Shown here in pieces: positions 8,085 to 18,312 of a stretch of DNA of 64,000 bases (position 1 is the first letter of the stretch; each line of letters begins with the position of its first letter). Source of the stretch: an uncultured Planctomycetaceae bacterium (GTDB taxonomy: Bacteria; Planctomycetota; Phycisphaerae; SM23-33); NCBI GenBank assembly GCA_964642855.1, contig CAZXSK010000009.1:12106-76105 (forward strand). The letters run 5' to 3'. The translations under genes were made by a program, and so were the position numbers. The notes under the pieces are model-generated. The model had not been told where the DNA came from. It searched no databases and saw only the letters and a program-made list of their open reading frames with translations.

Positions 8085-9761
8085 ATGTCCAGGCTGTCCT
8101 GGAAGCACAGATCCTACGAAGAGCTGCCCGCGCTGGCTGTGCGCAGGGGCGAGCTGCGGAGCTACCTTCGGACCATCACCGTCGCATGGATGTATGGCAT
8201 TATCTGGATGACCTGCATCCGCGGCAGCCGGATGGCGAATTTCGGCACGATGCTGGGCTTCCAGGATATCCACTTCGGGCTGCTTGCTGCCTTGCCGTTC
8301 ATCGCGAAGTTCGGCCAGTTGGTCGCTGCGATTCTCATTGAGCGCACCGGGCTGAAGAAGTACCAGTTCCTCCAGTGCGCGACAGTGCATCGAGCGTTGT
8401 GGCTGGTCGTGGCGGGCGTGCCGCTGCTGGCGATGATTCCGGGGATACCCGCCCTGCCCGCACGATGGGCGGTGTGGTCGGTGCTGGTGGTGCTGACGAT
8501 GAGCTGGCTGAGCGATTCGCTGGCCGCCCCGGCGTGGCAGACCTGGATGAGCGACGTGATCCCTCGACGCATCAGGGGAAGGTACTTCGCCACGCGATCG
8601 CGCCTGACACAGATGATCCAGCTGCCGGTGGTGATCGCCCTGGCCGTAATCGCCGACCTGGTCACGAAGACCAATGCCGAGGGAAAGGTCGTCATGACCG
8701 CCGAAGCCCAGCCGGTGTTGCTCTACACGCTGTGCGCGATGTTCGCGGGGGCGGCGATCTGTGGAATGATCGACATCCTGCTGTTTCGCAAGATGCGCGA
8801 GGTGATCCCGACCGTTCCAGACAAGCCCCGTCAGCCCGCCATCGATATCCGCGTGCCGTACGTGCCCGGTCGGCCTTTCGGGCGGATCACCCACGGCGCG
8901 CAGACACTGCTAGCCGTCGGCGAGCAGATGTTTGTCGGCCCGATGCGGGACTCGGTGTTCCGGCGGACGCTGCTGCCCGTGGGAGTCATGTGGTTCGCGA
9001 TGACCGTCTCCGGGGCGTTCTTCTACCTGTACCTGCTGCGGTCGCTGCAGTTCTCCCAGACAGCCACCGACATGCTGTTTATGGTCGTCGGGCCGCTGAT
9101 GGGCGTGCTTGCCGCCAAACGATGGGGCATGCTGCTGGATCGCTGGGGACGACGGCCGGTGATGATCCTCGGAATGAGCCTGACCGTCCTGTCGGTGCTG
9201 CCGTACTTCTTCGCCATGCCCGCCACGCCGAATCCCCAGTTCGTCATCGACGGCGTAAACGGGGTCGCCGGACTGGTCGGACGGATCGCGGGCCGGCCTG
9301 ACTGGGTCTGGCTGACCGACGAAATGCCCATCGGGGCGTGGATGGTCATGTCCTGCTCGATGATCCTCGGTGGAACCGGATGGGGCGGGGCGATGCTGGC
9401 AGTCAACAACATTACCCTCGGACTGGCCGACGGCAAGGGGCGGAGCAAATACGTAGCTGTCTTCACGGTGTTCTTCAGCATCGGCGGGATGCTGGGCGGG
9501 CTCTGTGGAGGTCTGGTCGCGCGGTCGCTGCGCGAGTTCTCGTTCGACAGCAACCCCATCGATCTTGGATACTTCGTGTTCACCAACTGGCACGCCACGT
9601 TCCTGATTTCCTGGGCTGCCAGACTATCGACCGTGCTCCTTCTGTTGCGCATGCCGGACCCCGGAAGCCGGCCGCTTCGCGAGATGCTCCGCGACCTGGT
9701 CACCCACCCCGGCCAGCTGCTCCGGCCCGCTCCACGGCGCCGCCGCAGGGTCGTGCGCTGA
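8085..9761 (+). CDS. MFS-type transporter (12 predicted TM helices)
   Basis: ~558 aa with repeated hydrophobic helices throughout. The D/R-rich loop after TM2 (WMSDVIPRRIRGRYFATRSR) resembles the MFS signature loop. Start codon uncertain; the ORF extends to 7920. Confidence 0.5.
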   Translation: MSRLSWKHRSYEELPALAVRRGELRSYLRTITVAWMYGIIWMTCIRGSRMANFGTMLGFQDIHFGLLAALPFIAKFGQLVAAILIERTGLKKYQFLQCATVHRALWLVVAGVPLLAMIPGIPALPARWAVWSVLVVLTMSWLSDSLAAPAWQTWMSDVIPRRIRGRYFATRSRLTQMIQLPVVIALAVIADLVTKTNAEGKVVMTAEAQPVLLYTLCAMFAGAAICGMIDILLFRKMREVIPTVPDKPRQPAIDIRVPYVPGRPFGRITHGAQTLLAVGEQMFVGPMRDSVFRRTLLPVGVMWFAMTVSGAFFYLYLLRSLQFSQTATDMLFMVVGPLMGVLAAKRWGMLLDRWGRRPVMILGMSLTVLSVLPYFFAMPATPNPQFVIDGVNGVAGLVGRIAGRPDWVWLTDEMPIGAWMVMSCSMILGGTGWGGAMLAVNNITLGLADGKGRSKYVAVFTVFFSIGGMLGGLCGGLVARSLREFSFDSNPIDLGYFVFTNWHATFLISWAARLSTVLLLLRMPDPGSRPLREMLRDLVTHPGQLLRPAPRRRRRVVR

Positions 9762-9832
9762 CATTACGGCTGCCTGCGCTCGATCTTCGAGGCTTGATGC
9801 CCCGCCGTTGGGCGGATACAACCAACGAGCCC

Positions 9833-10444
9833 ATGAGCCACGAAATCGAATGCAAAATCCCGGTCGCCGATCACCAGGCCGTTCTGGCCCGTCTCCGCGA
9901 AGTCGATGCCGAGCATCTCGAAACCGTCCTGCAGACGGATACCTATTACGACTCGCCCGACGGCCGGCTTCGGGAATCGGGCTGCGGGCTCCGCATTCGG
10001 CGGGAGGAACTGCTCCAGCCGGGCAGCCGGAATGACGATCATCGCCCGCTGGTGACCTTCAAAGGTCCGCGTGACACGGACGCGACGTACAAGGTCCGGC
10101 GGGAAACGGAAACGCGTGTCGATTCCGGCGAGGCGATCGACGTCGTGCTGCAGGCGATGGGCGTTCAGCCACGGATGATTATCCAGAAGAGGCGCGCCAG
10201 TTTCCGGGTGGGTCACTGCCAGGTGGAGCTCGACGAGCTGCCCCTGCTGGGTTCGTTCGTGGAGATCGAGGGCCCGGGCGAGTCGGATGTCGAGCAGGCG
10301 ATCGAGATGCTCGGGGTAACCGGCGAGCACGTGCACGAGTCGTATCTCTCCCAGGCGCAATCGCGATGCGGAGAGTCAAACGGCTGTGACAGGCTGACAT
10401 TCGAAGGGTGTGGCGACTGCAGCGAGAGTCAGCAGAACCAGTAG
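9833..10444 (+). CDS. CYTH-domain protein (class IV adenylyl cyclase / triphosphatase-like)
   Basis: Starts MSHEIECKIPV..; an ExExK motif plus later acidic strands are typical of CYTH/CyaB. Confidence 0.6.
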   Translation: MSHEIECKIPVADHQAVLARLREVDAEHLETVLQTDTYYDSPDGRLRESGCGLRIRREELLQPGSRNDDHRPLVTFKGPRDTDATYKVRRETETRVDSGEAIDVVLQAMGVQPRMIIQKRRASFRVGHCQVELDELPLLGSFVEIEGPGESDVEQAIEMLGVTGEHVHESYLSQAQSRCGESNGCDRLTFEGCGDCSESQQNQ

Positions 10445-10488
10445 CGTAGGCCGAAGACGACGATGCAAAGCAGCGGGCCCCCGCAGGC

Positions 10489-11189
10489 CTACAGGCCGTA
10501 CATCAGGATTTGCAACGTGTAGGTATTCACGTGCGCAAGCACCCACCCGATTGGGTTGAACTGGGGCAGGAGCATCGGCACGAGAATCAGCGTCATCAGC
10601 ATCGGCCGGCCGTACTTGAGTTGCCATTCCATGAAAGGCCGGTGACGGTCGATGGGCAACTGTTCGCGCACGATGTGATGGCCGTCGAGGGGGAACAGGG
10701 GCACGAGGTTGAATACGCACAGGGCGACGTTGACGATCATCGTCATCAGCAGCATGAATCCGAACATGTCCACGATCGAGCGGCTGGGAAGAGTGCCGTT
10801 GAACGAGGCCCGAAGCAGCATCCACAGGTCGACCGTCTCGGTCTGGAGAAGGATTCGCAGGACGATCCCAGCCAGCAGCGCGAGGGAGAGATTGGTCAGG
10901 GGACCGGCCAGGGAGACCATGGTGTCGCCCAGTCTTCGGGGATGTAGGTTGGCGGGATTGACCGGGACGGGCTTCGCCCAGCCGAAGCCGATCAGGACGA
11001 TCGCGATCGTGCCGATCGGGTCCAGATGCGCCAGCGGATTGAGGGTGATTCGCCCGGCATTGCGCGCGGTGTCGTCTCCGAACGCCAGCGCCGTTCGCGC
11101 GTGGGCGTACTCGTGGAGGACGAGGCTCAGCAGCAGGGGTGGCAGCAGCAGGAGCTTCTGGAGCAGCCACTGTGGATCCGTGATCGGCA
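10489..11189 (-). CDS. site-2 protease family (M50) zinc metallopeptidase
   Basis: HEYAH (HExxH) in the first TM helix, a later LNPLAHLDP motif, and multiple TM helices. The ORF track extends to 12687, but that extension overlaps kdsD on the other strand and is discarded. Confidence 0.65.
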
Positions 11190-11343
11190 TGGATCCCCTT
11201 TTACTTGACCGCCTCCGGACGAACAAGCATAATGCGGACTTTGGCAGGGGCCCGGGAGGCATCCGGGCGTGCCTGCTTCCGCTGCAAACCAAACTCGCAT
11301 CTACCTTTACCGGCAGGGCGGGGCAACCCGCCGGCCTGCATGC

Positions 11344-12363
11344 ATGACAGAGCCAAACGACATTCCTCATCCGAACCTCGACATCGCACGCGGCGCCCTC
11401 CAGGCTGAGGGAGAGGCAATCGGCGACCTGGCCGGACAGGTCGGAGACGAATTCGCCGAGGCATGCCGGGCCATCTTCGCCTGTCCGGGTAAGGTCGTGC
11501 TGACGGGCATCGGCAAGGCGGGCATCATCGCCCAGAAGATCTCGGCTACGCTGGCGTCGACTGGGACGCTGAGCATCTTCCTGCATCCGGTCGAGGCGCT
11601 CCACGGCGATCTCGGACGGCTGCAGCGTGAGGACGTCGTCGTCGCGCTGTCGCACAGCGGGGCGTCGGAAGAGATCGTCCGCCTTCTGGACCACATCAAG
11701 GCGCGGGGCAGCACGCTCATCGCGGTAACGTCCGACGCAACAAGCCCGCTGGGACAGCATGCCGAGATCGTGGTCTGCTACGGGAAGGTTCGCGAGGCGT
11801 GCCCCCATCAGCTGGCCCCAACCGTATCCACCACCGTCATGCTTGCCCTGGGCGATGCCCTCGCACTGACGGTAATGACAATGCGGGACTTCAGCCCCGA
11901 GGACTTCGCTGCGTTTCACCCGGGCGGATCGCTGGGAAGGAGACTCATCAAGGTCGAAGACGCCATGTGGTTCACCAGGGGAGAGCGGCTGAACGTTGCT
12001 TCCGACAGCCTTACGCTTGGTGAGGCACTCGTGGAGGCAGAGCAGGCTGACATCCGCCGGACCGGGGCGATGCTTCTGGTCGACGATCAGGGGCGGCTGA
12101 GCGGCATCATGACCGACGCGGACCTGCGACGGGTGATCCTGGCCCATCGAGGCCAGGATGTTCTGTCCAGGCCAGTGAAGGAAGTCATGACCACCGACCC
12201 GACACGGGTTCGCGGGACCTCCCTGGCCAGTGAGGCGCTGGCGATCATGAACCAGCGACGCTTCGACGAACTGCCCGTCGTCGACGAAGAGGGCAAGCCC
12301 CTGGGCGTGATCGACGTGCAGGACCTGCTGGGCCTCAAGACCCTGGGGAACGCCATTGACTGA
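11344..12363 (+). CDS. kdsD: arabinose-5-phosphate isomerase (SIS + tandem CBS domains)
   Basis: SIS motif VLTGIGKAGIIAQKISATLASTGTLSIFLHP followed by two CBS domains. Adjacent to kdsC. Confidence 0.85.
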   Translation: MTEPNDIPHPNLDIARGALQAEGEAIGDLAGQVGDEFAEACRAIFACPGKVVLTGIGKAGIIAQKISATLASTGTLSIFLHPVEALHGDLGRLQREDVVVALSHSGASEEIVRLLDHIKARGSTLIAVTSDATSPLGQHAEIVVCYGKVREACPHQLAPTVSTTVMLALGDALALTVMTMRDFSPEDFAAFHPGGSLGRRLIKVEDAMWFTRGERLNVASDSLTLGEALVEAEQADIRRTGAMLLVDDQGRLSGIMTDADLRRVILAHRGQDVLSRPVKEVMTTDPTRVRGTSLASEALAIMNQRRFDELPVVDEEGKPLGVIDVQDLLGLKTLGNAID

Positions 12364-12892
12364 CCTGGCCAAAATCGAACTGCTGATCCTCGACGTCGAC
12401 GGCGTGATGACCGATGGCCGTATCCTGCTGACCGAATCCGGTGAGGAGATCAAAGGGTTCCACGTCCGGGACGGCTCGGGCATCAAGTACTGGATGCGCG
12501 TCGGCAAGAAGGTGGCGATCATCACCGGGCGGGGGTCGCCCGCGGTTTGTCGAAGAGCCGAAGAACTCGGCATCGACCTCGTGCGTCTGAATGCCAAGAA
12601 CAAGCTGCCCGCCCTGGAGGAGATCCTCGGTGAACTGGATCTTGCACCTGAGCAGGTGGCCGTGATCGGAGATGATCTGACGGACATTCCGTCGATGCTG
12701 CACGTGGGCTTCGCCGCCTGTGTCCCCGAGGCGCCCGAGGAAGTGCAGCGAGAGGTGGACTATGTTACCCGCACACCCGGCGGCCGGGGCGCCGTCCGCG
12801 AAGTGATCGAGTACATCCTCAAGCGGACGGGGCAGTGGAACAAGGTGCTCGAGCGATACTACAAGAACAAACCTCCGCGTGAGGCTGAGTGA
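12356..12892 (+). CDS. kdsC: 3-deoxy-D-manno-octulosonate 8-phosphate phosphatase (HAD)
   Basis: LLILDVDGVMTDG.. HAD motif I. ~178 aa. Overlaps kdsD by 8 nt. Confidence 0.8.
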   Translation: MTDLAKIELLILDVDGVMTDGRILLTESGEEIKGFHVRDGSGIKYWMRVGKKVAIITGRGSPAVCRRAEELGIDLVRLNAKNKLPALEEILGELDLAPEQVAVIGDDLTDIPSMLHVGFAACVPEAPEEVQREVDYVTRTPGGRGAVREVIEYILKRTGQWNKVLERYYKNKPPREAE

Positions 12893-15800
12893 TGAAACGA
12901 AGACTGCTTCTGCTCGTGGGGGGGCTGGTTGTGACGGTCGGCTCGCTGGCTGCCTACCAGTTTGCCACGTCCGGCGATATTCAGGTGTTCCGTCCCCGTT
13001 CCGGCGGAGGGAGCGTTACGGAGCGTCCGGACCCCAATGGCCCGGATAACCCCGTAGCCGGCTGGACGGTCATCATTCGTACGGATCCGGAAACCAACCG
13101 CCCGCTGCATCGTATCCGCGTGCGAGACTGGAAGAAGCAGGAGGGCGACCTGTATCTCCTCACCGAGCCGGTTGCTGAGTTTTTCCTTCGCAACGGCCGG
13201 CGTATTCTCGTTCGGGCGGATCGTGGTGAGGGCGTAGCCAGAGAAGTGGCGCGGACGCTGGATCTCAAGCGGGGCAGGCTGGAGGGGAATGTGCGGGCGT
13301 ATTTCTTCCGCTCTCCGGTCAGCAGGAATGTCGACGACCCGAACACCATCGAAGGCGTGCTGCAGGTGCATCTCGACAGCATCGACTTCGACAACGAAGC
13401 CCTTACCCTCGACAGCGACGGACCGGTGCACCTGTTCTCCGATGACGTCGACGTGCAAGGCCGGGGGCTTACGATCCGGTACAACGAGGCGCCTCGTGAA
13501 CTGGCGTTGCTTCGCCTGGCTCATGGCGATCGGCTTCGACTGCTCAATGCGCCGACCGGTCTTGGCGCGTTTGGGCTGCCGGGAGATGGTCAGACCAACC
13601 GGGAAGATCCCAACGCGCAGACGTCCGATGCCGTCGATCAGACGCAGGACGGTGACGAGCCCGAGGCGACGACGGACCAGCAAAATGCGGCCGCCGAAGC
13701 CCGCGAGGCGCAGAATCGGTACATGGCGACCTTCTCCCAGAACGTGCGCGTCGTGTCCGAAGATGGATCCATGACCGGGGCGGACGTGCTTTCCCTGGTG
13801 TTCGAAATGGGGGAAGGCTGGGCAGGCGCCGAGTCGTCCGGTGATACCGGTCGAGCCGGCGGGAACGGCCAGGCCGATACGGACCGCGATGAATCAGGCC
13901 CGGGTCGTCGAGAAGGCTCTTCGCAGACCGGTGGCCAGGAGGATCCGAACACGCAGGTCGTCGACATCCTCTGGACCGGGCCGCTGGAAATCGTGCCCAA
14001 AGGCTACGTCCCGCAACCGCAACGCGGTCGATATACGATCATCGCTTCGGGCGACCAACTCAAGCTGGACAGCAAGGAGATCAGCGCTGTCTGCGAGAGC
14101 CTGCACTACCGGACCCCGCAGGAGGTGGGTTTCCTGAGCGGATCGCGCGGCACGCCCGTGAGGCTTGCGCTTCCGGACGGTCAGCACGTAACCTGTCGCA
14201 GGATAACCTTCGACCGCTCCAAGAGCGAGATCTACCTGTCCGGACCGGGGGTCATGAGGCAGCTTCGCGTGGCCGATGCAAATGCACGGACCGTATCAAC
14301 AAGTGACCCCAATGCCTACGACGTGATCGCCTGGGAGGGTCGCGTGCAGGCATACTTCGAGGAGGTATCCTCTGCGGATTCGGCATCGGAAGCGTCCGGC
14401 CAGATTCGCATCAAGCGGGCTGTCTTCGAGGAGGGCGTGCGTTTCCGGAGGGCCGGTTCGGCGGACTATGTGTTGTGTGACAAGCTGGACGTGAGCATGA
14501 CTCGAACGGCCGAGGGCAAGACGTACGCCACCCGCGCGATCGCGGAGGGCAACGTGGAAGCCCGCCAGGGGACCGACGAGATCCTCGCCGGCAGCATGGA
14601 CCTGACCTTCGCCCCTGCAGACGCGTCGACCGAGAGTGGGGACGAGGGGGTCAAGGTCTCGCGAATGGAAGCCCGCGAGGACGTTCGCATCAAGAGCTTT
14701 CGTGACGATCCGAATCTGCCCGTTGTGATCCGTTGCGATTCGCTGGACGCCGACCGCGTGCGCAACACCGCGCTGCTGAAGGGCAAGCCCGCCGAGGTCC
14801 TCCAAGGCAGCCAGAAGATCACCGGCGGCACGATTCGTCTGGACCAGGGAGACGCCAGGAAGGGCGACGAGACCATGCGAGTCGAAGGCGAGGGACTGCT
14901 CCGATTCCTGGTCGATCGGGACGCGTCCGGCGGGAAGCTCGACCAGCCCCGGCCGGTGAAGATCGAGTGGAAGAAAGGAATGGTCTTCCAGTCCGACGGG
15001 CTGAAGGCGGATTTCAATCGGGACGTTGTCCTCACAACCGGCACCGACGAGTTGAAATGCCGGACCATGACTGTTGAGTTCCTGGAGCCGAACGAGCCGA
15101 CGACCGAGGAGGATCGAGACTCCACGGATCACAGTGGCCTGGGGATGGACATCCGGATGTATCGTAATCTGCGTCTCAAGACGGTGACGGCCCGCAAGGA
15201 TGTGTCCTTGAAAGGCAAGCGGGAGAACGAGAAGGGCAAGCTCCTTCGCCGTCTGACGCTGCTGACGCCGGAAGACGTGGTCTACCACGCTGCGGACCGG
15301 TCGGCACGGGTGAAGGGCTCGGGGCGGCTGCTGATCGAGGACTATAACCCGCCGAGTCGCAGCAAGTCCGGCGAGGATACCCGGGACGAAGGATACCTCG
15401 TGAGCCCGTCGTGGACCGCCTTTCAGTGGTCCGACAGCATGTCGCTGCAGGAGGAAGACCTGACGGTAACAATGACTGGCGACGTGGGCATGGTGCATCG
15501 CAGCGGCGATCAGGTGGTACTCTCTGACGACCTCGACCTGGCTTTCGACAAGGACAAGCTCCCCGATGGCAGGAAGACGGTTCTGGGCTGCGACCAACTC
15601 GTGGCTGTGTTCTCCCGTGCCGACGCGAACTCCGCCGATCCGAACCAGGTCGGGGTCGATAAGGCCATCGGACTGGAGGAGGATTTCAGCGGCCGGCTTG
15701 AACGCCTGGAAGCCCTTCGCGACGTGACGTTGCGGGACGGTTCGGCTCTCGTGGAGGATTGCCAGCGGATGCTGTACGACCGCGCCGATGACATCGTTCG

Positions 15801-15969
15801 GCTGGACGGGTACCTGCCCGAGAAGGGGCAGAGGCCCAGCAACGTTTCCCTACGATACGAAGACCGCAAGAGCGGCGCGATCCGCAAGGTTCTGGCCCCG
15901 CAGGTGATCTGGCATCCCCGAGCGAAGACCGCCCGGGCGATCAATGTTTCGGGTACCGGAGGGATCTGA
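12892..15969 (+). CDS. large membrane-anchored periplasmic protein with LptC/LptA(OstA)-like beta-jellyroll repeats
   Basis: ATG overlaps the kdsC stop (TGATG). N-terminal TM anchor (RRLLLLVGGLVVTVGSLAAY) followed by ~1000 aa. The strand pattern recurs several times, e.g. ..GNVRAYFF.., ..AEGNVEARQGTDEILAGSMDLTF.., ..TGGTIRLDQGD... The position after kdsD-kdsC is where lptC-lptA sit in other Gram-negatives. Confidence 0.5.
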   Translation: MKRRLLLLVGGLVVTVGSLAAYQFATSGDIQVFRPRSGGGSVTERPDPNGPDNPVAGWTVIIRTDPETNRPLHRIRVRDWKKQEGDLYLLTEPVAEFFLRNGRRILVRADRGEGVAREVARTLDLKRGRLEGNVRAYFFRSPVSRNVDDPNTIEGVLQVHLDSIDFDNEALTLDSDGPVHLFSDDVDVQGRGLTIRYNEAPRELALLRLAHGDRLRLLNAPTGLGAFGLPGDGQTNREDPNAQTSDAVDQTQDGDEPEATTDQQNAAAEAREAQNRYMATFSQNVRVVSEDGSMTGADVLSLVFEMGEGWAGAESSGDTGRAGGNGQADTDRDESGPGRREGSSQTGGQEDPNTQVVDILWTGPLEIVPKGYVPQPQRGRYTIIASGDQLKLDSKEISAVCESLHYRTPQEVGFLSGSRGTPVRLALPDGQHVTCRRITFDRSKSEIYLSGPGVMRQLRVADANARTVSTSDPNAYDVIAWEGRVQAYFEEVSSADSASEASGQIRIKRAVFEEGVRFRRAGSADYVLCDKLDVSMTRTAEGKTYATRAIAEGNVEARQGTDEILAGSMDLTFAPADASTESGDEGVKVSRMEAREDVRIKSFRDDPNLPVVIRCDSLDADRVRNTALLKGKPAEVLQGSQKITGGTIRLDQGDARKGDETMRVEGEGLLRFLVDRDASGGKLDQPRPVKIEWKKGMVFQSDGLKADFNRDVVLTTGTDELKCRTMTVEFLEPNEPTTEEDRDSTDHSGLGMDIRMYRNLRLKTVTARKDVSLKGKRENEKGKLLRRLTLLTPEDVVYHAADRSARVKGSGRLLIEDYNPPSRSKSGEDTRDEGYLVSPSWTAFQWSDSMSLQEEDLTVTMTGDVGMVHRSGDQVVLSDDLDLAFDKDKLPDGRKTVLGCDQLVAVFSRADANSADPNQVGVDKAIGLEEDFSGRLERLEALRDVTLRDGSALVEDCQRMLYDRADDIVRLDGYLPEKGQRPSNVSLRYEDRKSGAIRKVLAPQVIWHPRAKTARAINVSGTGGI

Positions 15970-16002
15970 CGCAAGGATCGGTTGATCTGGCCGGGCGTGT
16001 TG

Positions 16003-16851
16003 TCAGGGGGCGTCGGCGTCGGCAAGTGACTCGTTCAGCGACCCGCTACGGAAGCCCGACAGATCGAGCGACACGTAGCGGTAGCCTGCCTCGTGCAGAC
16101 GACGGACGATCAACTCACGGTTTCCCATCGCATCGGCCAGCCGATCTTCCGGCACCTCGACCCGTGCGACGCTGTCGTGGTCGCGTACGCGACAGATATC
16201 GAAACCCAACGCCCGCAGGCTCGCTTCCGCGCGGTCGATCCGTGAGAGTTTCCCCGAGGTGATCTCGCTGTGGTAGGGGACTCGGCTTGCCAGGCATGCC
16301 ATCGACGGCGCTCCTGCTGTGGGAAGCCCCAACGCTCGGGAGGCGGCGCGGACGTCGCCCTTGGTCAGGCCCGCCTCAAGAAGCGGCCGGACGACACCGA
16401 GTTCCTCCTCCGCCTTGAGGCCCGGCCTGTAGTCGCCGATGTCCGATGCATTGGTGCCGCTGAGCACGGCCTGGATGTCGAGCTTCTCGGCCAGCGCGGC
16501 CAGTTGAGAAAAGATATTCTTCTTGCAGTGATAGCACCGGTCGGGCGGGTTGCTTGCGAAGGCTGGATCGGCGAGGGGATCGATGGCGACTCTCTCCAGG
16601 CCGCCAACGAGGTCCCGTGCCAACGCCTCGGCGCGGTCCTGCTCGAAGGCCGGGAAGATCTCGCCCGACGCGGTGGCTGCACGCACCTTGCTCCTGTTGA
16701 GCGTCCCCGCGGCAAGCTTCAGCACCAGTGTGGAATCCACCCCGCCAGAGAGAGCAACCAGAACGCTGCCGCACCGGGCGATACGATCCGCCGCGGCCCG
16801 GACCTTTTCTCGCAGGAGAGGATCTCCGATGTTCTGCAGGATCGCGTTCAT
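16003..16851 (-). CDS. PP-loop ATPase, LarE-like ATP-dependent sulfur transferase family
   Basis: SGGVDS PP-loop motif, with a conserved Cys in ..SMACLASRVPY.. as in LarE/TIGR00268 proteins. Confidence 0.6.
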   Translation of the reverse strand: MNAILQNIGDPLLREKVRAAADRIARCGSVLVALSGGVDSTLVLKLAAGTLNRSKVRAATASGEIFPAFEQDRAEALARDLVGGLERVAIDPLADPAFASNPPDRCYHCKKNIFSQLAALAEKLDIQAVLSGTNASDIGDYRPGLKAEEELGVVRPLLEAGLTKGDVRAASRALGLPTAGAPSMACLASRVPYHSEITSGKLSRIDRAEASLRALGFDICRVRDHDSVARVEVPEDRLADAMGNRELIVRRLHEAGYRYVSLDLSGFRSGSLNESLADADAP

Positions 16852-16871
16852 GCGATATCCTAGCCGTCCGA

Positions 16872-18176
16872 TCAGGAGAATTCGCCGATGACGTCGCGAT
16901 GGGCCTGCATGCAGGCATCGATTGCATCGTGACCGGCTGGTTTGTTCAGGACGGTCGGGTCTTCCTCGATGCATTCGTGAACCAGCGCGCGGTCGCGGGT
17001 TCTGGCTGCCCGGACGATGCGGTCCGTCTGCCTGGCGGCGTCTTGCAGATAGGGCTGGACTGTTTCGGGAATCTGTACGGTTTCGATTACAAGACCTTCG
17101 GCCGACGCTGCGGCCGGGGTCTCCACGAACACGCCTTCCGGCAGTTGCGGAATCTGACCGGTATTGACCGTGTTGACCGCGTCGAAATCGGTCTGGCAGG
17201 CGCCGAGCAGTGCGGCTACCAGATCCATCGGTCTTTCCCACGAACCTCCTTCGACGAGAGGCCGGTAGGGCTTGCTCCCTTCGGCGATCTGCCTGAGCAT
17301 GCCGACGCGTCGGTTGACCTCGTCGGCCGAGCCGTGGGAGGAGTGTCCGCGGTTGGTTGCTCCTTCGCGAGGGGGCAGGAAATCCTGGGTATGGTGATCG
17401 TTGGGCACGAGGAGATAGCCGGTCTCGCGGAGCATGTCATCACCCAGTTGCCATCCCGAGGTCCCACCGGCAGCCAGCTTCTCTCGCAGCGCAGGCAGCA
17501 GATCCTCGCCGGTGTTGCGGTCCCGAATCTTGACCGCCCACGAGAAGTGGTTCAGGCCGCCGAAGGTAACGTCCCATCGCTCACGGGCCTCGGTGAAGGG
17601 GTGGCTGATCCTCCCGCCTTCCAGGAGGCGATGGACCATGGCGTAGCCTTCCAGCGCTGCCGAGCAGAACCCCACCGTGCGGATTCCGTCTTCGTGCATC
17701 GCCTGGCAGACACGCGGCAAGGGGTTGGAGACCGTCAGGAACATTGCATCCGGGCAGGTCTCCTTCATGTCGCAGGCCAGGTCGCGCATGAATGCGATTT
17801 GTCGCAGGGAGTAGCTGATGCCGGCCACGCCCCCGAACTCCGTGACGAGCAGGTCAGCATCCTGTTCGGCCATAACTCGGCAGTCGGTCTCGAACCGCTG
17901 TCGCAGCTGGGGAGCCGCGCAACAGAGGACATAGCTCGCGCCGTCAAGGGCTTCACGGCGGTCCGTGGTCTCGGTGACGCGCACGTCCAGCTGCAGATCG
18001 TCGGCGACCCGTCTGGTCACCGCGGCCATGGCGAGGAGCATCTCGCGGGAGACGTCCATCATGGCCAGCTCCACGTTCTGCAACTTCCGGCGCACGAGGG
18101 CGTCGCGAAGGACGCCCGGGCCGAAGACAAAGCTGCCCGCCCCGATGACGGCGATTCTTGTTGGTTGTTGTGGCAT
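16872..18176 (-). CDS. glycoside hydrolase family 4 (NAD+/Mn2+-dependent glycosidase)
   Basis: N-terminal Rossmann motif RIAVIGAGSFVFG, a ..CAAPQ.. region, and the TVSNP motif (FLTVSNPLPRVCQAMHEDG) typical of GH4. Confidence 0.7.
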   Translation of the reverse strand: MPQQPTRIAVIGAGSFVFGPGVLRDALVRRKLQNVELAMMDVSREMLLAMAAVTRRVADDLQLDVRVTETTDRREALDGASYVLCCAAPQLRQRFETDCRVMAEQDADLLVTEFGGVAGISYSLRQIAFMRDLACDMKETCPDAMFLTVSNPLPRVCQAMHEDGIRTVGFCSAALEGYAMVHRLLEGGRISHPFTEARERWDVTFGGLNHFSWAVKIRDRNTGEDLLPALREKLAAGGTSGWQLGDDMLRETGYLLVPNDHHTQDFLPPREGATNRGHSSHGSADEVNRRVGMLRQIAEGSKPYRPLVEGGSWERPMDLVAALLGACQTDFDAVNTVNTGQIPQLPEGVFVETPAAASAEGLVIETVQIPETVQPYLQDAARQTDRIVRAARTRDRALVHECIEEDPTVLNKPAGHDAIDACMQAHRDVIGEFS

Positions 18177-18312
18177 TGGTGTTTTCCGTCGCTCCCGGCT
18201 GAAAGCGGCAATTCCGGGATCATACCCGCCATCGCCGGGGGATGCAAAAGGGTTGCCCGGCCGGGCTGCTCCGGCTAGGTTGTTGGCCGACCAGAAACCC
18301 GGGAGGCACCCG

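Noticed and set aside
11190-12687. N-terminal extension making the M50 protease a 732-aa ORF
   Set aside because: The extension overlaps kdsD (unambiguous SIS+CBS gene) on the other strand. The M50 fold is complete from the ATG at 11189.
14296-15597. 433-aa minus-strand ORF inside the giant Lpt-like gene
   Set aside because: Antisense artefact. The plus-strand frame has a TM anchor, repeated beta-strand motifs and translational coupling to kdsC.
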